Source: an uncultured Chloroflexia bacterium (lineage in GTDB: Bacteria > Chloroflexota > Chloroflexia > Thermomicrobiales > UBA6265). Taken from it: a stretch of DNA of 64,000 nt. This document shows positions 10,883 to 21,080 of this stretch, one piece after another. The position numbers were made by a program, and so were the translations under genes. Every line of letters begins with the position of its first letter. Position 1 is the stretch's first letter. Where the stretch lies: contig CAVRUC010000002.1 in assembly GCA_963724295.1 (NCBI GenBank), positions 96,001-160,000 on the forward strand. The letters are read 5' to 3'. A model generated the notes under the pieces. That model saw nothing but the letters and a program-made list of their open reading frames with translations, did no database searches and was not told the origin of the DNA.

Positions 10883-11509
10883 TCATAGCACCTCCGTTTC
10901 GGGGGCTTCCTCCGCCCACCAGATCCAGCGCGAGCCATCAGCATGCTCTGGCCACGGGGGCAGTGAGCCGGCCGCTTCCAGCCTCGCGCGCGCCAGACGG
11001 GTCGCTGTGGCGTACAGATAGTGGTGCAGTAGCTCGACCGGTTCCCCGCGGGCGGGCAGGCTCGTATCAGCGAGTGCGTTCGTCAGCGCCGCGTGCCGCC
11101 GCCGGAAGGCCGCGGCGATGTCGGCTGCCAGGTCCTCGAGGACCGGCTGCAGGGCATCGCGATGAGCGGCGAGTATGACGGGGAAGTTGGGACGGTAGTA
11201 GCGCTCGCTGCCCCGGCTCCGTTGCGGCGCCGCCAGGTCCACCTCTTGGATCAAGTCGTCCTCAAGCATGTCGACCACGTGCCGGTGCACGGCCGGAGCA
11301 GAAATGCCGAGCAGATCGGCCAGTTGCGTGATCGTGCGCGGTTGGCGGTAAATCGCGTTGAGAATCAGCTCTTTCGTACCGTCATTGAGCTTGCGTTGGT
11401 TGACAACGGCCACCCATGGGTCCTCGCCGATGGGGACGGCGGACGCACAGGCACAAGCGAAACGGAGCCGGTAGTCGTCTGCAACGGGGGAGGAGCGCAC
11501 GTCAGTCAT
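10883..11509 (-). CDS. Winged-helix (ArsR-like) transcriptional regulator with N-terminal CAC
   Basis: TITQLADLLGISAPAVHRHV helix-turn-helix; ERYY wing. Confidence 0.7.
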   Translation of the reverse strand: MTDVRSSPVADDYRLRFACACASAVPIGEDPWVAVVNQRKLNDGTKELILNAIYRQPRTITQLADLLGISAPAVHRHVVDMLEDDLIQEVDLAAPQRSRGSERYYRPNFPVILAAHRDALQPVLEDLAADIAAAFRRRHAALTNALADTSLPARGEPVELLHHYLYATATRLARARLEAAGSLPPWPEHADGSRWIWWAEEAPETEVL

Positions 11510-11567
11510 CTCACAGGGCTCCTGGGGATGCTCGACCGATGAGAATTAGTCCCTGGAGGCATCTGTA

Positions 11568-11583
11568 TTAACACTGATGTTAA
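11568..11583. promoter_or_regulatory. Palindromic candidate operator TTAACA-N4-TGTTAA
   Basis: AT-rich perfect 6-4-6 palindrome about 60 bp upstream of the regulator. Confidence 0.45.
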
Positions 11584-11668
11584 GCAAGAAGCATGCCAGT
11601 CTCAGGGCGACAAGCTACGCGTCGACGGCTAACGCGGCTTCCGATAATGGGCCAGCGCGTTTCCCTCG

Positions 11669-12457
11669 TTACGCGGCGTCCCACTCCCTCCGGATCAGCG
11701 TGACCGCCTCCCGGATCGCCTCGTCATAGGGACCCTCGACGCGGCACTCGATGGCGAGCGGACCGTCGTAGCCGATCTCCTTCAGGGCGCGGAACCCGGG
11801 ACGGAAATCGAGGTGGCCACGTCCCGGCTGCAAGCGGTTGCTGTCGGCGACGTGGACGTAGACGAGGTGCTGCCGGTTGGCGCGGATGCTGGCCGCGATG
11901 TCGACCTCTTCGATCCCCATGTGGAAGAAGTCCGCCATGACACCGATCCCGGGTCCGACCTCCGCCGCGATCGCCGCTCCCTGCTCCACGCGGTTGACGA
12001 TATAGGCCTCGTAGCGATTCAGCGGCTCGAGAAACAGCGAGACGCCGGCGGTCTGTGCGGCGGGCGCCAGCTCGCGCAGCTGGGCCAGGAGGAGATTGCG
12101 CTCCAGCTCGGCGCCTGTCGCCAGTGGCGCCAGGTCCGGCAACGCCGGGACGCGCCCAAATTGTGGGACGATCAGCACCCCGACCGCGCCAAGCGCGCCC
12201 GCGAGGTCGATGCGCTCGCGGATCGTCTGCCTGGCCGCGTCCCGCTCGGCGGGATCGGCGCTGAGGAGACGGGGGATGCCCTCGATCGCGGAGACCGAGA
12301 TGGGCGAGGCGGCGAACGCCTCCTGGATCTCGGCCGCCGGGAGCAGGAGCGTCCCCGTATGCAGCTCGACGGCATCCAGCCCAACCGACTCGAGCCAGGC
12401 GAGCTTGTCCTGGAGCGTCTCGCGGGGAATCATCCCCTCCCGGATCGAAACCTTCAT
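11669..12457 (-). CDS. Sugar phosphate isomerase/epimerase (xylose isomerase-like TIM barrel)
   Basis: LEPLNRYE, DFFHM, HVADSNR, PGRGHLDF motifs. Confidence 0.88.
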   Translation of the reverse strand: MKVSIREGMIPRETLQDKLAWLESVGLDAVELHTGTLLLPAAEIQEAFAASPISVSAIEGIPRLLSADPAERDAARQTIRERIDLAGALGAVGVLIVPQFGRVPALPDLAPLATGAELERNLLLAQLRELAPAAQTAGVSLFLEPLNRYEAYIVNRVEQGAAIAAEVGPGIGVMADFFHMGIEEVDIAASIRANRQHLVYVHVADSNRLQPGRGHLDFRPGFRALKEIGYDGPLAIECRVEGPYDEAIREAVTLIRREWDAA

Positions 12458-12663
12458 TCCCCGTCGTCCTCCTCCATCGTGTGTCCTAGCACCATCGTTC
12501 CGAACGACCCATGCTAGCAGTCCCCATCCCGCTGCCCGCACAGCTCTTGCGGCGGACGGTGACAGAGCATGTTACGATGCCGGTCCCCGCCGGACCCGGT
12601 ACGCTACGGCTATCCGGCGCAGGAATGACCGTGAAGTCAGGCACACGCAAGGAGGCGGAGAAG

Positions 12664-13991
12664 ATGCCCCGATCTCGTCCCTGGATTGTCGCGCTCTCGG
12701 CGCTGGCGCTGCTGTTGAGCCTGGCCGCCGGGCCGCTCCTCGGCGATGCGCGGGCTCAGGATCAGGTGGAGCTGCGCGTCTGGGACCAGTTCACCAACCC
12801 AGCTGAATCCGACAATGCCGATGCAATCTACGCGGCTTTCACGGAGCAGAACCCGAACATCACCATTACCCGGGAAGCATTCTCTACCGATCAGATGCGG
12901 GACGTGGTAAACACCGCGGTCTCGTCCGGCACCGGCCCCGATCTCATCTTCTATGATGCCGGCCCCGGCTATGCCGGAGTGCTGGCGGACGCCGGTCTGC
13001 TTCTCCCGCTCGACGACTATGCGGCGCAGTACGGCTGGGACGAGCGGATTGCCGCGCCGGCGGCCGAGGCGACGACCTACGACGGCACATTTTATGGGAA
13101 TGCCGCTGCAGACCGACCTGATCGGCATGTACTACAACCAGACCCTGCTCGATCAGGAAGGGATGACCGTTCCCGAGACGCTCGACGAACTCGTCGCCTT
13201 CTGCGGCGAGGCGACTGAGAAGGGCTACATCCCGATTGCCTTCGCCGACAGCCGAGGGGTGGGAGGCGTTCCACCAGTTCTCGATGACGGCCAACCAGAT
13301 GGTCGGCCCGGAGGGGATTCGGGCGCTACTCAATAACGAGGGGAGCTGGGACACCCCGGAGATCGTTGCCGCGATCGAAGCCTTCTTCGTGACGCTGCGC
13401 GATGCCGGATGCTTCCCGGAGGACGCGGTCGCTATCGCCTATGATGACGGCAACTCGCTCTTCTACAACGGCGAGGCGCTGCTGCACACAACCGGGAGTT
13501 GGATGATCGCCGAGATTCGAGGAGCACATGCCGGACACCGAGGTTGGCTTCGTGCCCTTCCCCGAGATTGAAGGCGGGCAGGGTCGCGTCTGGATCTCCG
13601 GCGTCGGGTCGGCCTGGTACATCTCCGCGGCGACGCAACATCCTGACGAGGCCGCGGCCTTCATCGACTATCGTCTATCTCGCAGGAGGCCGTCGAAAAG
13701 TGGGTCGGTGTAATCGCGCTACTTCGTTCCAGTCGAGGCCGATCTGTCCAATATCGAGATCAATCCGCTGACTGCGTCAGTCATCGAGACGCTGCAGAGC
13801 GCCGGTGACGAGGGCGTGCAGTTCGGCTACAACGTCGACGTGCTTGCTCCGCCTGAGTTCAACGACAGTGATGCTCAACGGGTTCCAGGCCATGTTGGTC
13901 GGCGACAAGACCGCTGAGCAGCAGGCGGCCGATCTGGAAGCCGCCTGGGACGAGGGCATGCCGGACAAGCGAGGCGACGCCGTCGTCGTAA
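12664..13991 (+). CDS. Sugar ABC transporter substrate-binding protein (several frameshifts)
   Basis: Signal peptide, GTGPDL, LLPLD, GMYYN, TGSW, FVPFP, SAWYIS pieces across frames; precedes two permeases. Confidence 0.8.
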
Positions 13992-14068
13992 CGCGATTCC
14001 GGGCGCGGGCGACATGCTCGCCCGCGCCCGATTTCACGAACTCGCGCGGAGATGCGGAGAGTCAAGCA

Positions 14069-15008
14069 ATGACACGGGACGACCGCTCGAGCGCGGGCCG
14101 CTTCCGTTAGCGCCATCCATCTCGCCGGCGACGCCGCTCCTGGCGGCGCTACCGGGCGGGAATTCTCTTCATCCTGCCTGCCCTCATCCTCTATCTCGTC
14201 TTCATGGTCTATCCGTTCTTCCAGTCGATCTACTTCAGTCTCACGAGCTGGAACGGGGTTACAGCGGTCAAGGAGTGGGTCGGACTCGCGAATTACCGCG
14301 AGCTGATCGGTGACGGCCTCTTCTGGCTGTCCCTGAAAAACACCATCATCTGGGTGATCGTCGGCACGATCGCGCCGATCGTCATCGGCATGCTGCTGGC
14401 ACTCCTCCTCTGGCGTCGGCCAAAGGGTTTCACCCTCTTCCGCACCGTCTATTTCATGCCGCAGGTGCTCTCGACAGTGGTCATCGGCATCGTCTGGAGC
14501 TGGATCTACAACCCCATCTTCGGCATCCTCAATGAATCGCTCGATGCCGTCGGGCTGGAGGACCTTTCGCGAGGATGGCTCGGCGATCCGGACGTTGCGC
14601 TCTACGCGGTGCTGGTGGCGGCGATCTGGGCCACGATTGGCTTCGTCTTCGTCATCCTCCTCGCCGGCTTGCAAAACGTCAGCAAGGATCTCCTGGAGGC
14701 GGCAACTATCGACGGGGCGAACGTCTGGCAGCGTTTCTGGAATGTGACCGTGCCCCAGATTGGCGGGTGTCATCAACGTCGTCATCGCGTTCCTGCTCAT
14801 CGGCGGCTTCAGCGTCTTCGACATCGTCTTCGTCATGACCGGCGGCGGTCCCGCCAATGCCACAGACGTGCTCGCCACCTTCACCTATAAGGAAGCGTTC
14901 ACCCAGAACAATGTCGGCTATGCATCGGCCATCGCAGTGGTCATCACCGTGATCTCGCTCATCGCCTCGGTGACGTTCATCCGCCTGCGCGAGCGACAGG
15001 AGGCCTGA
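14069..15008 (+). CDS. Sugar ABC transporter permease (frameshifts)
   Basis: WVGLANY, LAGLQNV..LLEAATIDGA EAA loop, MTGGGPANAT. Confidence 0.85.
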
Positions 15009-15010
15009 CG

Positions 15011-15903
15011 GTGGCGGTTACCTCGGCAACTGGAAGGTCATTTGCCGGAACCGGGACGGCCTCGCAGCGGCTCAATCTGGGACGTCTCACCGGCCGCGTC
15101 GGCACGTATGCCATCCTGATCGCCTTCCTGGTGATCTTTCTCCTTCCCTTTATCTGGATCTGGTCGTCGGCGTTCAAGACGTCGCAGGAGATTGGCCGCA
15201 ACCCGTTCGCCCTGCCGACCCAGCTGCGCTGGGAGAACCTGGTCGAGGCGTGGACGGTCGGGCATTTCCGCGAGTACATGCTGAACAGTGCCATCTACTG
15301 TGCGGCGATCGTCGCCGGCAGCGTGGCCCTGGCCTGTCTCGCCGGGTACGGTCTCTCCATGCTTCCCCTCCCCGGGCGGGAAAGTGTGCTGGTGCTTTTC
15401 CTGCTCGGGCTGACGGTACCGTTCCAGTCGGTGATGATCCCGATGTACTACCTACTGCGCGACCTCCATATCCTGGAGACCTACTGGGCGTTTATCCTTC
15501 CCGGAATTGCCATTCGGCTGCCGTTCGGCATCTTCCTTATGCGAGGGTTCTTCCGCGGTCTGCCTCCCGAGCTCGGCGACGCGGCGCGAACCGACGGCGC
15601 GAACGAGTGGGGTGTCTTCCGCCAGGTCTTCCTCCCCCTCTCCTGGCCCGGCCTGGCGACGCTGATCGTCTTTCAGTTCATGTGGGCCTGGAACGAGTTC
15701 GCCATGCCGCTCATCTTTGTGCAGCGGGATGAGCTGCGGCCGGTCTCGCTGGGTACGATGTTCTTCTTCGGCCGCTTCACCGCCGACCGGGGCGTTGATC
15801 GCGGCCGGCGTCACGCTTTCGATGATCCCGGTGGTCCTCCTCTACCTGCATCCTGCAGCGCCGCTTCATCGAGGGGATCACGGCGGGCGCGCTGAAGAGC
15901 TAG
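15011..15903 (+). CDS. Sugar ABC transporter permease (frameshift near 3' end)
   Basis: SAFKT, ELGDAARTDGA, WNEF; last frame ends QRRFIEGITAGALKS. Confidence 0.85.
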
Positions 15904-15904
15904 C

Positions 15905-16040
15905 GCGGCGAGGGTGTCGGGGTCACGAGGTGTCAGGGTGACAGGGGAACAACTTCCGGACACCCTGACACCACTTGCGTCCGCAGGCGCGAAGCGAGTA
16001 ATCACCCATCACCGTGAGCGCAGCGAACCCTCACCCGCGT
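15905..16040. repeat. Modular repeat: 8-mers in inverted arrangement plus GNA mini-hairpin module
   Basis: ggtgtcagggtg / caccctgacacc arms; gcgaagcgagtaatcacccatcaccgtgagcgcagcgaaccctcacc. Confidence 0.7.
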
Positions 16041-16134
16041 TACGCCGCTGCCCCACGAAGTCGAGTTTGACCATCGGCTTTGCTAGAATCGGTTCACGGG
16101 CGCCGAGCTAGACCCCGCCGGGAGTGAGCCAGCA

Positions 16135-16590
16135 GTGCAGGTCAACGCTAAAGTCGACTACGCGCTGCGGGCGCTGGCAGAGCTGGCGGTCGCCGATCCC
16201 GGTCCGATGAAGGCCGAGGCGATCTCGCGAGCCCAGAGCATCCCGCCCAAGTTTCTCGAGAATATCCTGCTGGAGCTAAGGCACGCCGGGATCGTCCTCT
16301 CGCAGCGCGGCGCGGAGGGAGGCTATCGCCTCGGGCTGCCCGCGAACGAGATCACCCTGGCCGACGTCATCCGGGTCGTCGATGGTCCCCTGGCCAATGT
16401 GCGCGGGCTACGGCCGGAACGGCTGGAATACAGCGGACCTGCTACTTCATTGCTCCAGGTCTGGATCGCGCTGCGCGCCAACATGCGAGCGGTGCTGGAG
16501 CGGGTCACCCTGGAGGATCTGGTCACCGGCAATCTGCCCCCCGAGGTCGTCGATCTGACCGAAGCTCCCGACGCCTGGAGTCGGCGTTAG
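16135..16590 (+). CDS. Rrf2-family transcriptional regulator (cysteine-less)
   Basis: DYALRAL, FLENIL, SQRGAEGGYRL, ITLADVIRVVDG. Confidence 0.9.
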   Translation: MQVNAKVDYALRALAELAVADPGPMKAEAISRAQSIPPKFLENILLELRHAGIVLSQRGAEGGYRLGLPANEITLADVIRVVDGPLANVRGLRPERLEYSGPATSLLQVWIALRANMRAVLERVTLEDLVTGNLPPEVVDLTEAPDAWSRR

Positions 16591-16790
16591 ACGGCAATGC
16601 GGCGACGGCAGACGGCCAGCCGGCCAGCCAGTGAGTCGGTCAGTCGGTCAGATAGCGGTGAGAGCGGGAGACGGCGAGACGTTCCTGCCGTTGCTGATAC
16701 CCCAGAAGTTCAGGAAGTTCGATAGCGGACCGACAGCCGACAGCCGATAGCCCAATCCCTATCACCCATCGCCCATCACCTTCATCACGC
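16590..16790. repeat. 7/8-nt repeat arrays between convergent genes
   Basis: gtcggtcagtcggtca, ccgacagccgacagccgatag, atcacccatcgcccatcac. Confidence 0.7.
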
Positions 16791-18426
16791 CACCCAACTC
16801 CTCGACGCGGGCCCGGCTCTGGGGACCGGTTTCGATGCACATCATGGCCACGGCGTCGCCTGGCTGGAGATCGCGGAGAGCGATCTCCAGCGCCTCCGGC
16901 TCGTCGGCGGCGACCTCATGCGGTGTGTCGCCACCCGCGGCGACTCCCTCGAGATAGAGCGCGGTCATCTCGTCGACGCTGGCACGGCCACGGAGGTAGC
17001 GCCGGGTCTCTTTCACGATCACGCGGTCGGCCTGCTCCGCCGCGAGGCGACCGAGGTCGCGTAGCGCTTCGTCGGTGCGATCGCCTGCCGTGCCGATGAT
17101 CGCCGTCAGCCGCCCGTCTTCCTCTTTGTAGCCGCGCGCCATCGCCAGCAGGTGGCGCAGCCCCACTTCGTTGTGCGCGTAGTCGAGGATGACGGTTGCC
17201 CCATCGAGGTCGTAGACGTGGAGCCGGCCGGGGTTGTCCTCTGCCGTGGCGCCGAAGGTCCGCAACCCTTGCCCGATCGCCTCACGGTCGAGTTCGAGCG
17301 CCAGCGTCGCGGCGGCGGCGCAGAGCGCGTTTTCGATCATGTGCGTCGCGGTCCCGCCGAAGGTGAGCGGCACCTCCTCCAGGCGGGCAAGCTCGTGTGC
17401 ATCCTCCCCCCGTATCTCCAGCATCGTGCCATCTGCCGCGACGACGGCGCGGCCGCCGGCGTGGCGGTGCGCGACGACCGTCGGGTTCTCGGCATCCTGC
17501 GTGACCCAGATGATCGGCGCGTGTAGACCGACGGACTGGGCCCGCACCAATGGATCGTCGGCGTTCAGCACCACCCAGCCATCTGGCCGGGTAGTGCGCA
17601 GGACGACGCTCTTGACCTCCGCCAGTCCCTCCACCGTCTGCACGCCGTGCAATCCCAGGTGGTCGGCGCTGACGTTGATCATCACGCTGACGTCGTTGCT
17701 CTCGCAGGCCATCCCCCGCAGAAGGATGCCGCCCCGCGCTGTCTCCAGCACGGCGACGTCGAGGCCTGGTTCCCGCAGCACGCGCCAGGCGCCCGCCGGC
17801 CCCGTGTAGTCCCCTTCGAGCACCATCTCGCCCTCGATGAAGACCCCGACCGTCGAGGTCCAGCCGACCTTCCGCCCCACACCGCGCAGGATGTGGGCGA
17901 TCAGCCGCGTGGTGGTCGTCTTGCCGTTCGTCCCAGTAACGGCGATGACGGGAATGGCGCGATCCTCGTCGCGGATCATGCCGGGTCGATCGTCCGGATC
18001 GTCGCCTATGGACTCGACTTGCAGGAGGTCGCGCAGTTGCTCGATGCTCGTGGCCAGATCGATGTCTTCGCCGGTCGCCGCATCCGCCAGGAGCCGCGCC
18101 AGTCCAAGAGCGAAGCGGCGCCGTTCCCAACCGAATGCCAGTGACCAGTGCCCCGGCGTCTCCATCTCCACCCAGCGCATCTCCGGGAACTCGACCCCAG
18201 CCCGCTCGTGCAGGCTCGCGCAGGCGGCAAGGAGCAGCTCGCCCAGCCCAGCTGCACCCGCGGCGCGCTCGTCGTCAGAGGGAGCAAGAGGTTCCATGCG
18301 GGTGGCCAGGGCAGCGATCGCATCACGAGAGCGATCTGCCTCCGTGACCTCCAGCTCGAGCTTGATCGCCGGTTGCAGGAGAAAGAAGTTGGGACCGTCC
18401 AGATCCCGGATCTCGACGAGTCGCAT
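16762..18426 (-). CDS. CphA-like Mur ligase (N + M domains, no ATP-grasp)
   Basis: N-terminal LDGPN like CphA RGPN; VTGTNGKTTT, LETARGG, SADHLG, LNADD, PGR, DYAHN, GDR; only 554 aa. Confidence 0.85.
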   Translation of the reverse strand: MRLVEIRDLDGPNFFLLQPAIKLELEVTEADRSRDAIAALATRMEPLAPSDDERAAGAAGLGELLLAACASLHERAGVEFPEMRWVEMETPGHWSLAFGWERRRFALGLARLLADAATGEDIDLATSIEQLRDLLQVESIGDDPDDRPGMIRDEDRAIPVIAVTGTNGKTTTTRLIAHILRGVGRKVGWTSTVGVFIEGEMVLEGDYTGPAGAWRVLREPGLDVAVLETARGGILLRGMACESNDVSVMINVSADHLGLHGVQTVEGLAEVKSVVLRTTRPDGWVVLNADDPLVRAQSVGLHAPIIWVTQDAENPTVVAHRHAGGRAVVAADGTMLEIRGEDAHELARLEEVPLTFGGTATHMIENALCAAAATLALELDREAIGQGLRTFGATAEDNPGRLHVYDLDGATVILDYAHNEVGLRHLLAMARGYKEEDGRLTAIIGTAGDRTDEALRDLGRLAAEQADRVIVKETRRYLRGRASVDEMTALYLEGVAAGGDTPHEVAADEPEALEIALRDLQPGDAVAMMCIETGPQSRARVEELGGVMKVMGDG

Positions 18427-18464
18427 CGCTGTCGCCGTCCCTCTCGTGCCTCGCGGAGTCAGCG

Positions 18465-19406
18465 TTATGACATGGTCCAGAGCGCGAGCACCTGCAACGC
18501 GTTGAAGAGCGCGTGGGTGATCATCGCCGCCGTCGTGTTCACATGCTTGCGGAGTAGCCCCAGAATGACGCTGACTCCGAACAGGCCAAGCAGTGCAAGA
18601 TTGAAACCATATTGCGGTCCATGCAGGGTCATGAACAAGAGCGAGGGGATGATGATGCCGAATCGTGGTTGCAGGCCCCCGCGGAAGAAGGCCTCTTCGC
18701 CGATTCCCGCGGATGCCACTGCGATCACGGCGACCGGCCCTGGCAACCCGGTGATAATCTCCTCGACGACCTCGTTGAGCTCCTCGCTCAATCCCGGGTC
18801 GAACTGCTGTGAGACCAGGCCGCTGACGAACAACACGGCGAAGCAGACGAAGGTTGCCGCGATGGCGATGCCAACCGTGCGCGAATCCGGGGCCACAATG
18901 CCGAGCCGTTCCGTGGCGCCGCGCAAGTCGCGCCAGTACGGGTAACCGACCGCGATGTAGGAGATAGCGACGAACGCGGCAGTCTGTATGAGCGCCTCGG
19001 CGATACCGACGGTTGGGATCACCTCCGGCGGATTGTCGGCCATGGGAGCCAGACTGCTGCCAATGAAGAAGCCAAGCAAGCCGAGCACCATACAGAGCCC
19101 GGTCATGTCGATGGCGGAATCGGGGTCCAGCGGCGTGACCCGCGCCAGCGCCTGGCGGAATGGTCGCAGCAGGGGGAGGCCGAACCCGAGTCCGACCAGC
19201 AGCAGCAGCGGGCCGAGAACGCGATCGCCCTGGAGGAGGACAGCCGCGCCCGCGAGGAGCAGCAGCACCGCGGGGATGCCGAAGAGGAGATAGAGCCCGA
19301 CCAGGGCGGAACGATCCGTCTGCGCCCGGTACGCCCAGTAGGCGAGACCAAGCGCGCCCAGCAGCGCGGTCGCGGTCGCGATCAGGAGCTGGACCCAGTC
19401 GGTCAC
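18465..19406 (-). CDS. CPBP (CAAX/Abi) intramembrane metalloprotease
   Basis: GEEAFFRG, F..LH, HALFN motifs; many transmembrane segments; start at GTG 19406 inferred. Confidence 0.85.
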   Translation of the reverse strand: MTDWVQLLIATATALLGALGLAYWAYRAQTDRSALVGLYLLFGIPAVLLLLAGAAVLLQGDRVLGPLLLLVGLGFGLPLLRPFRQALARVTPLDPDSAIDMTGLCMVLGLLGFFIGSSLAPMADNPPEVIPTVGIAEALIQTAAFVAISYIAVGYPYWRDLRGATERLGIVAPDSRTVGIAIAATFVCFAVLFVSGLVSQQFDPGLSEELNEVVEEIITGLPGPVAVIAVASAGIGEEAFFRGGLQPRFGIIIPSLLFMTLHGPQYGFNLALLGLFGVSVILGLLRKHVNTTAAMITHALFNALQVLALWTMS

Positions 19407-19499
19407 GGGTTCCCCTACCAGAGCAGAGACGAGGTGGGATCCCACCGCGGCGTCTCGCGGCGCACCCCGGCCGCGGCGTTCCGGGAGTATACGGGACGA

Positions 19500-19670
19500 A
19501 GGGGGAGTCGCCTGCGGCTCAGGGGGTGCCGGCGGCTGCGCCGCCTCAGGGGGAGAAGGGGGTCGCTTCGCTCGAGAGGGAGAGGAGAGGACGAGGATTC
19601 TTCTCGACTCCTCGACTGCTCGCCTTCTCGACTGCGCTCTGTCTTGCCGTCTTGCCGTCTTGCCGTCTTG
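19500..19670. repeat. Modular repeat in divergent promoter region
   Basis: (gtcttgcc)x3-4, ctcgactcctcgact, gtcgcttcgctc, ggcggctgcgccgcc. Confidence 0.7.
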
Positions 19671-19740
19671 CGGACCAGTGTAGACTGCCATGCCATACCG
19701 TCCGCTTCAGCCGCGACGCGCGGCGCCAGACAGTGACAGG

Positions 19741-20715
19741 ATGCCGAGCGACAGCCCTAGCGGCTCCTCTTCCACGTCCACGTCGAGTGCAAGTGCTGGT
19801 CCGGGCCGCGCGGCACCGCTGCCATCGCGACGGGGCGGTCTGGGCCGCGGTCTCGACGCGCTCATCCCCGCCTATGGTGAGGGTGCGGCGGCCACGCTCG
19901 ATATCGACATCGACGCGATCTCGCCGAACCCCTATCAGCCCCGCATCGAGATGGACCCGGAGGCACTGGAGACGCTCGCCGCCTCGATCCGCGTGCACGG
20001 GGTGATTCAGCCGCTGGTCGTCACCCAGGGTCCGGAACGCGGCCGGTTCGTCCTCATCGCCGGAGAGCGGCGCTGGCGAGCCGCCCGTCTGGCGGGACTG
20101 GGCGCCGTGCCCGCCGTCGTCAAGGATGCGGTCCCGCGCGCCATGCTGGAGCTGGCGCTGGTCGAGAATGTCGTGCGCGCCGACCTGGCGCCCCTCGAGG
20201 AGGCGGCCGCCTATCGCCAGCTCATCGACGATTTCGGGCTGACGCAGGCGGCCGTCGCCGAGCGCGTCGGCCGCTCCCGCGCCAGTGTCACCAACACCCT
20301 GCGCCTGCTCGCCCTCCCCGACCGCGTGCAGCGCGCGCTGGGAACGGGTGATATCAGCGAGGGACACGCCCGCGCTCTCCTCGGGTTGGCCACGGCGCCG
20401 GAGCAGGTGGCGGCCCTGGAGTGGGTGCTGGAGAAGGGGTTGAGTGTCCGCCAGACCGAGGATCTGGTCCGTCGCTGGGCAGCAGGCGAATCGCCGGCAG
20501 GCGGTCCCCCGCGGCCGGAACCCGCGACTCGAGGCGAGAGCGACCGTGATGCCGCGCTGCGCCAGGCATTCATCGACGGGTTGCAACGGGCGCTCGGCAC
20601 GCGCGTCGGATTTCGCCCGGCGAAAGAGGGCGGCGGCACGCTGACCATCCACTACAACTCCGACGAGGAGCTGAACGCGCTCTACGAAAAACTGGGCGGC
20701 GAAAACCTCTGGTAG
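19741..20715 (+). CDS. parB: Chromosome partitioning protein ParB/Spo0J
   Basis: LGRGLDALI, NPYQPR, GVIQP, IAGERRWRAA CTPase motif, LVEN..R.DL..LEEA, HTH GRSRASVTNTLRLL. Confidence 0.95.
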   Translation: MPSDSPSGSSSTSTSSASAGPGRAAPLPSRRGGLGRGLDALIPAYGEGAAATLDIDIDAISPNPYQPRIEMDPEALETLAASIRVHGVIQPLVVTQGPERGRFVLIAGERRWRAARLAGLGAVPAVVKDAVPRAMLELALVENVVRADLAPLEEAAAYRQLIDDFGLTQAAVAERVGRSRASVTNTLRLLALPDRVQRALGTGDISEGHARALLGLATAPEQVAALEWVLEKGLSVRQTEDLVRRWAAGESPAGGPPRPEPATRGESDRDAALRQAFIDGLQRALGTRVGFRPAKEGGGTLTIHYNSDEELNALYEKLGGENLW

Positions 20716-20755
20716 TCCTGGTGACGTCGCAAGAGGGACAAGGGGAAGGGATCGA

Positions 20756-21049
20756 ATGATCGTCTTGATTGCGCAGCACTTCGCCAAAGACGGAAACGAG
20801 GAGGACGTCGCGGCGGCCCTGCGCGAGATGTCGGCCTACTGCAACTCCGACGCGGAACCAGGCTGCGTGATGTACGTCGTCAACCGCTCGACCGAGAACC
20901 CACGCCACTTTCTGATCTACGAGCAGTATGTCGACGAGGCGGCCCTGACGGCGCACGCCGAAACGCCGATGTTCAAGGAGACCATCCTGGGCCGCGAAGT
21001 TCCCATGCTGGAGTCCCGCGAGCGCTCCTTCTGGGAGGTCGTGGAGTAA
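20756..21049 (+). CDS. ABM-family (putative quinol) monooxygenase
   Basis: EPGC..Y, FLIYEQY.DEAAL.AH..TP. Confidence 0.85.
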   Translation: MIVLIAQHFAKDGNEEDVAAALREMSAYCNSDAEPGCVMYVVNRSTENPRHFLIYEQYVDEAALTAHAETPMFKETILGREVPMLESRERSFWEVVE

Positions 21050-21080
21050 ACGGATTGTCGAAGCCAGAGGAGCATCATCA

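Noticed and set aside
19407..19691. 95-aa N-terminal extension of the CPBP protease
   Set aside because: It is translated repeat sequence; a TATACT box and RBS-like GGGGA lie within it before GTG 19406.
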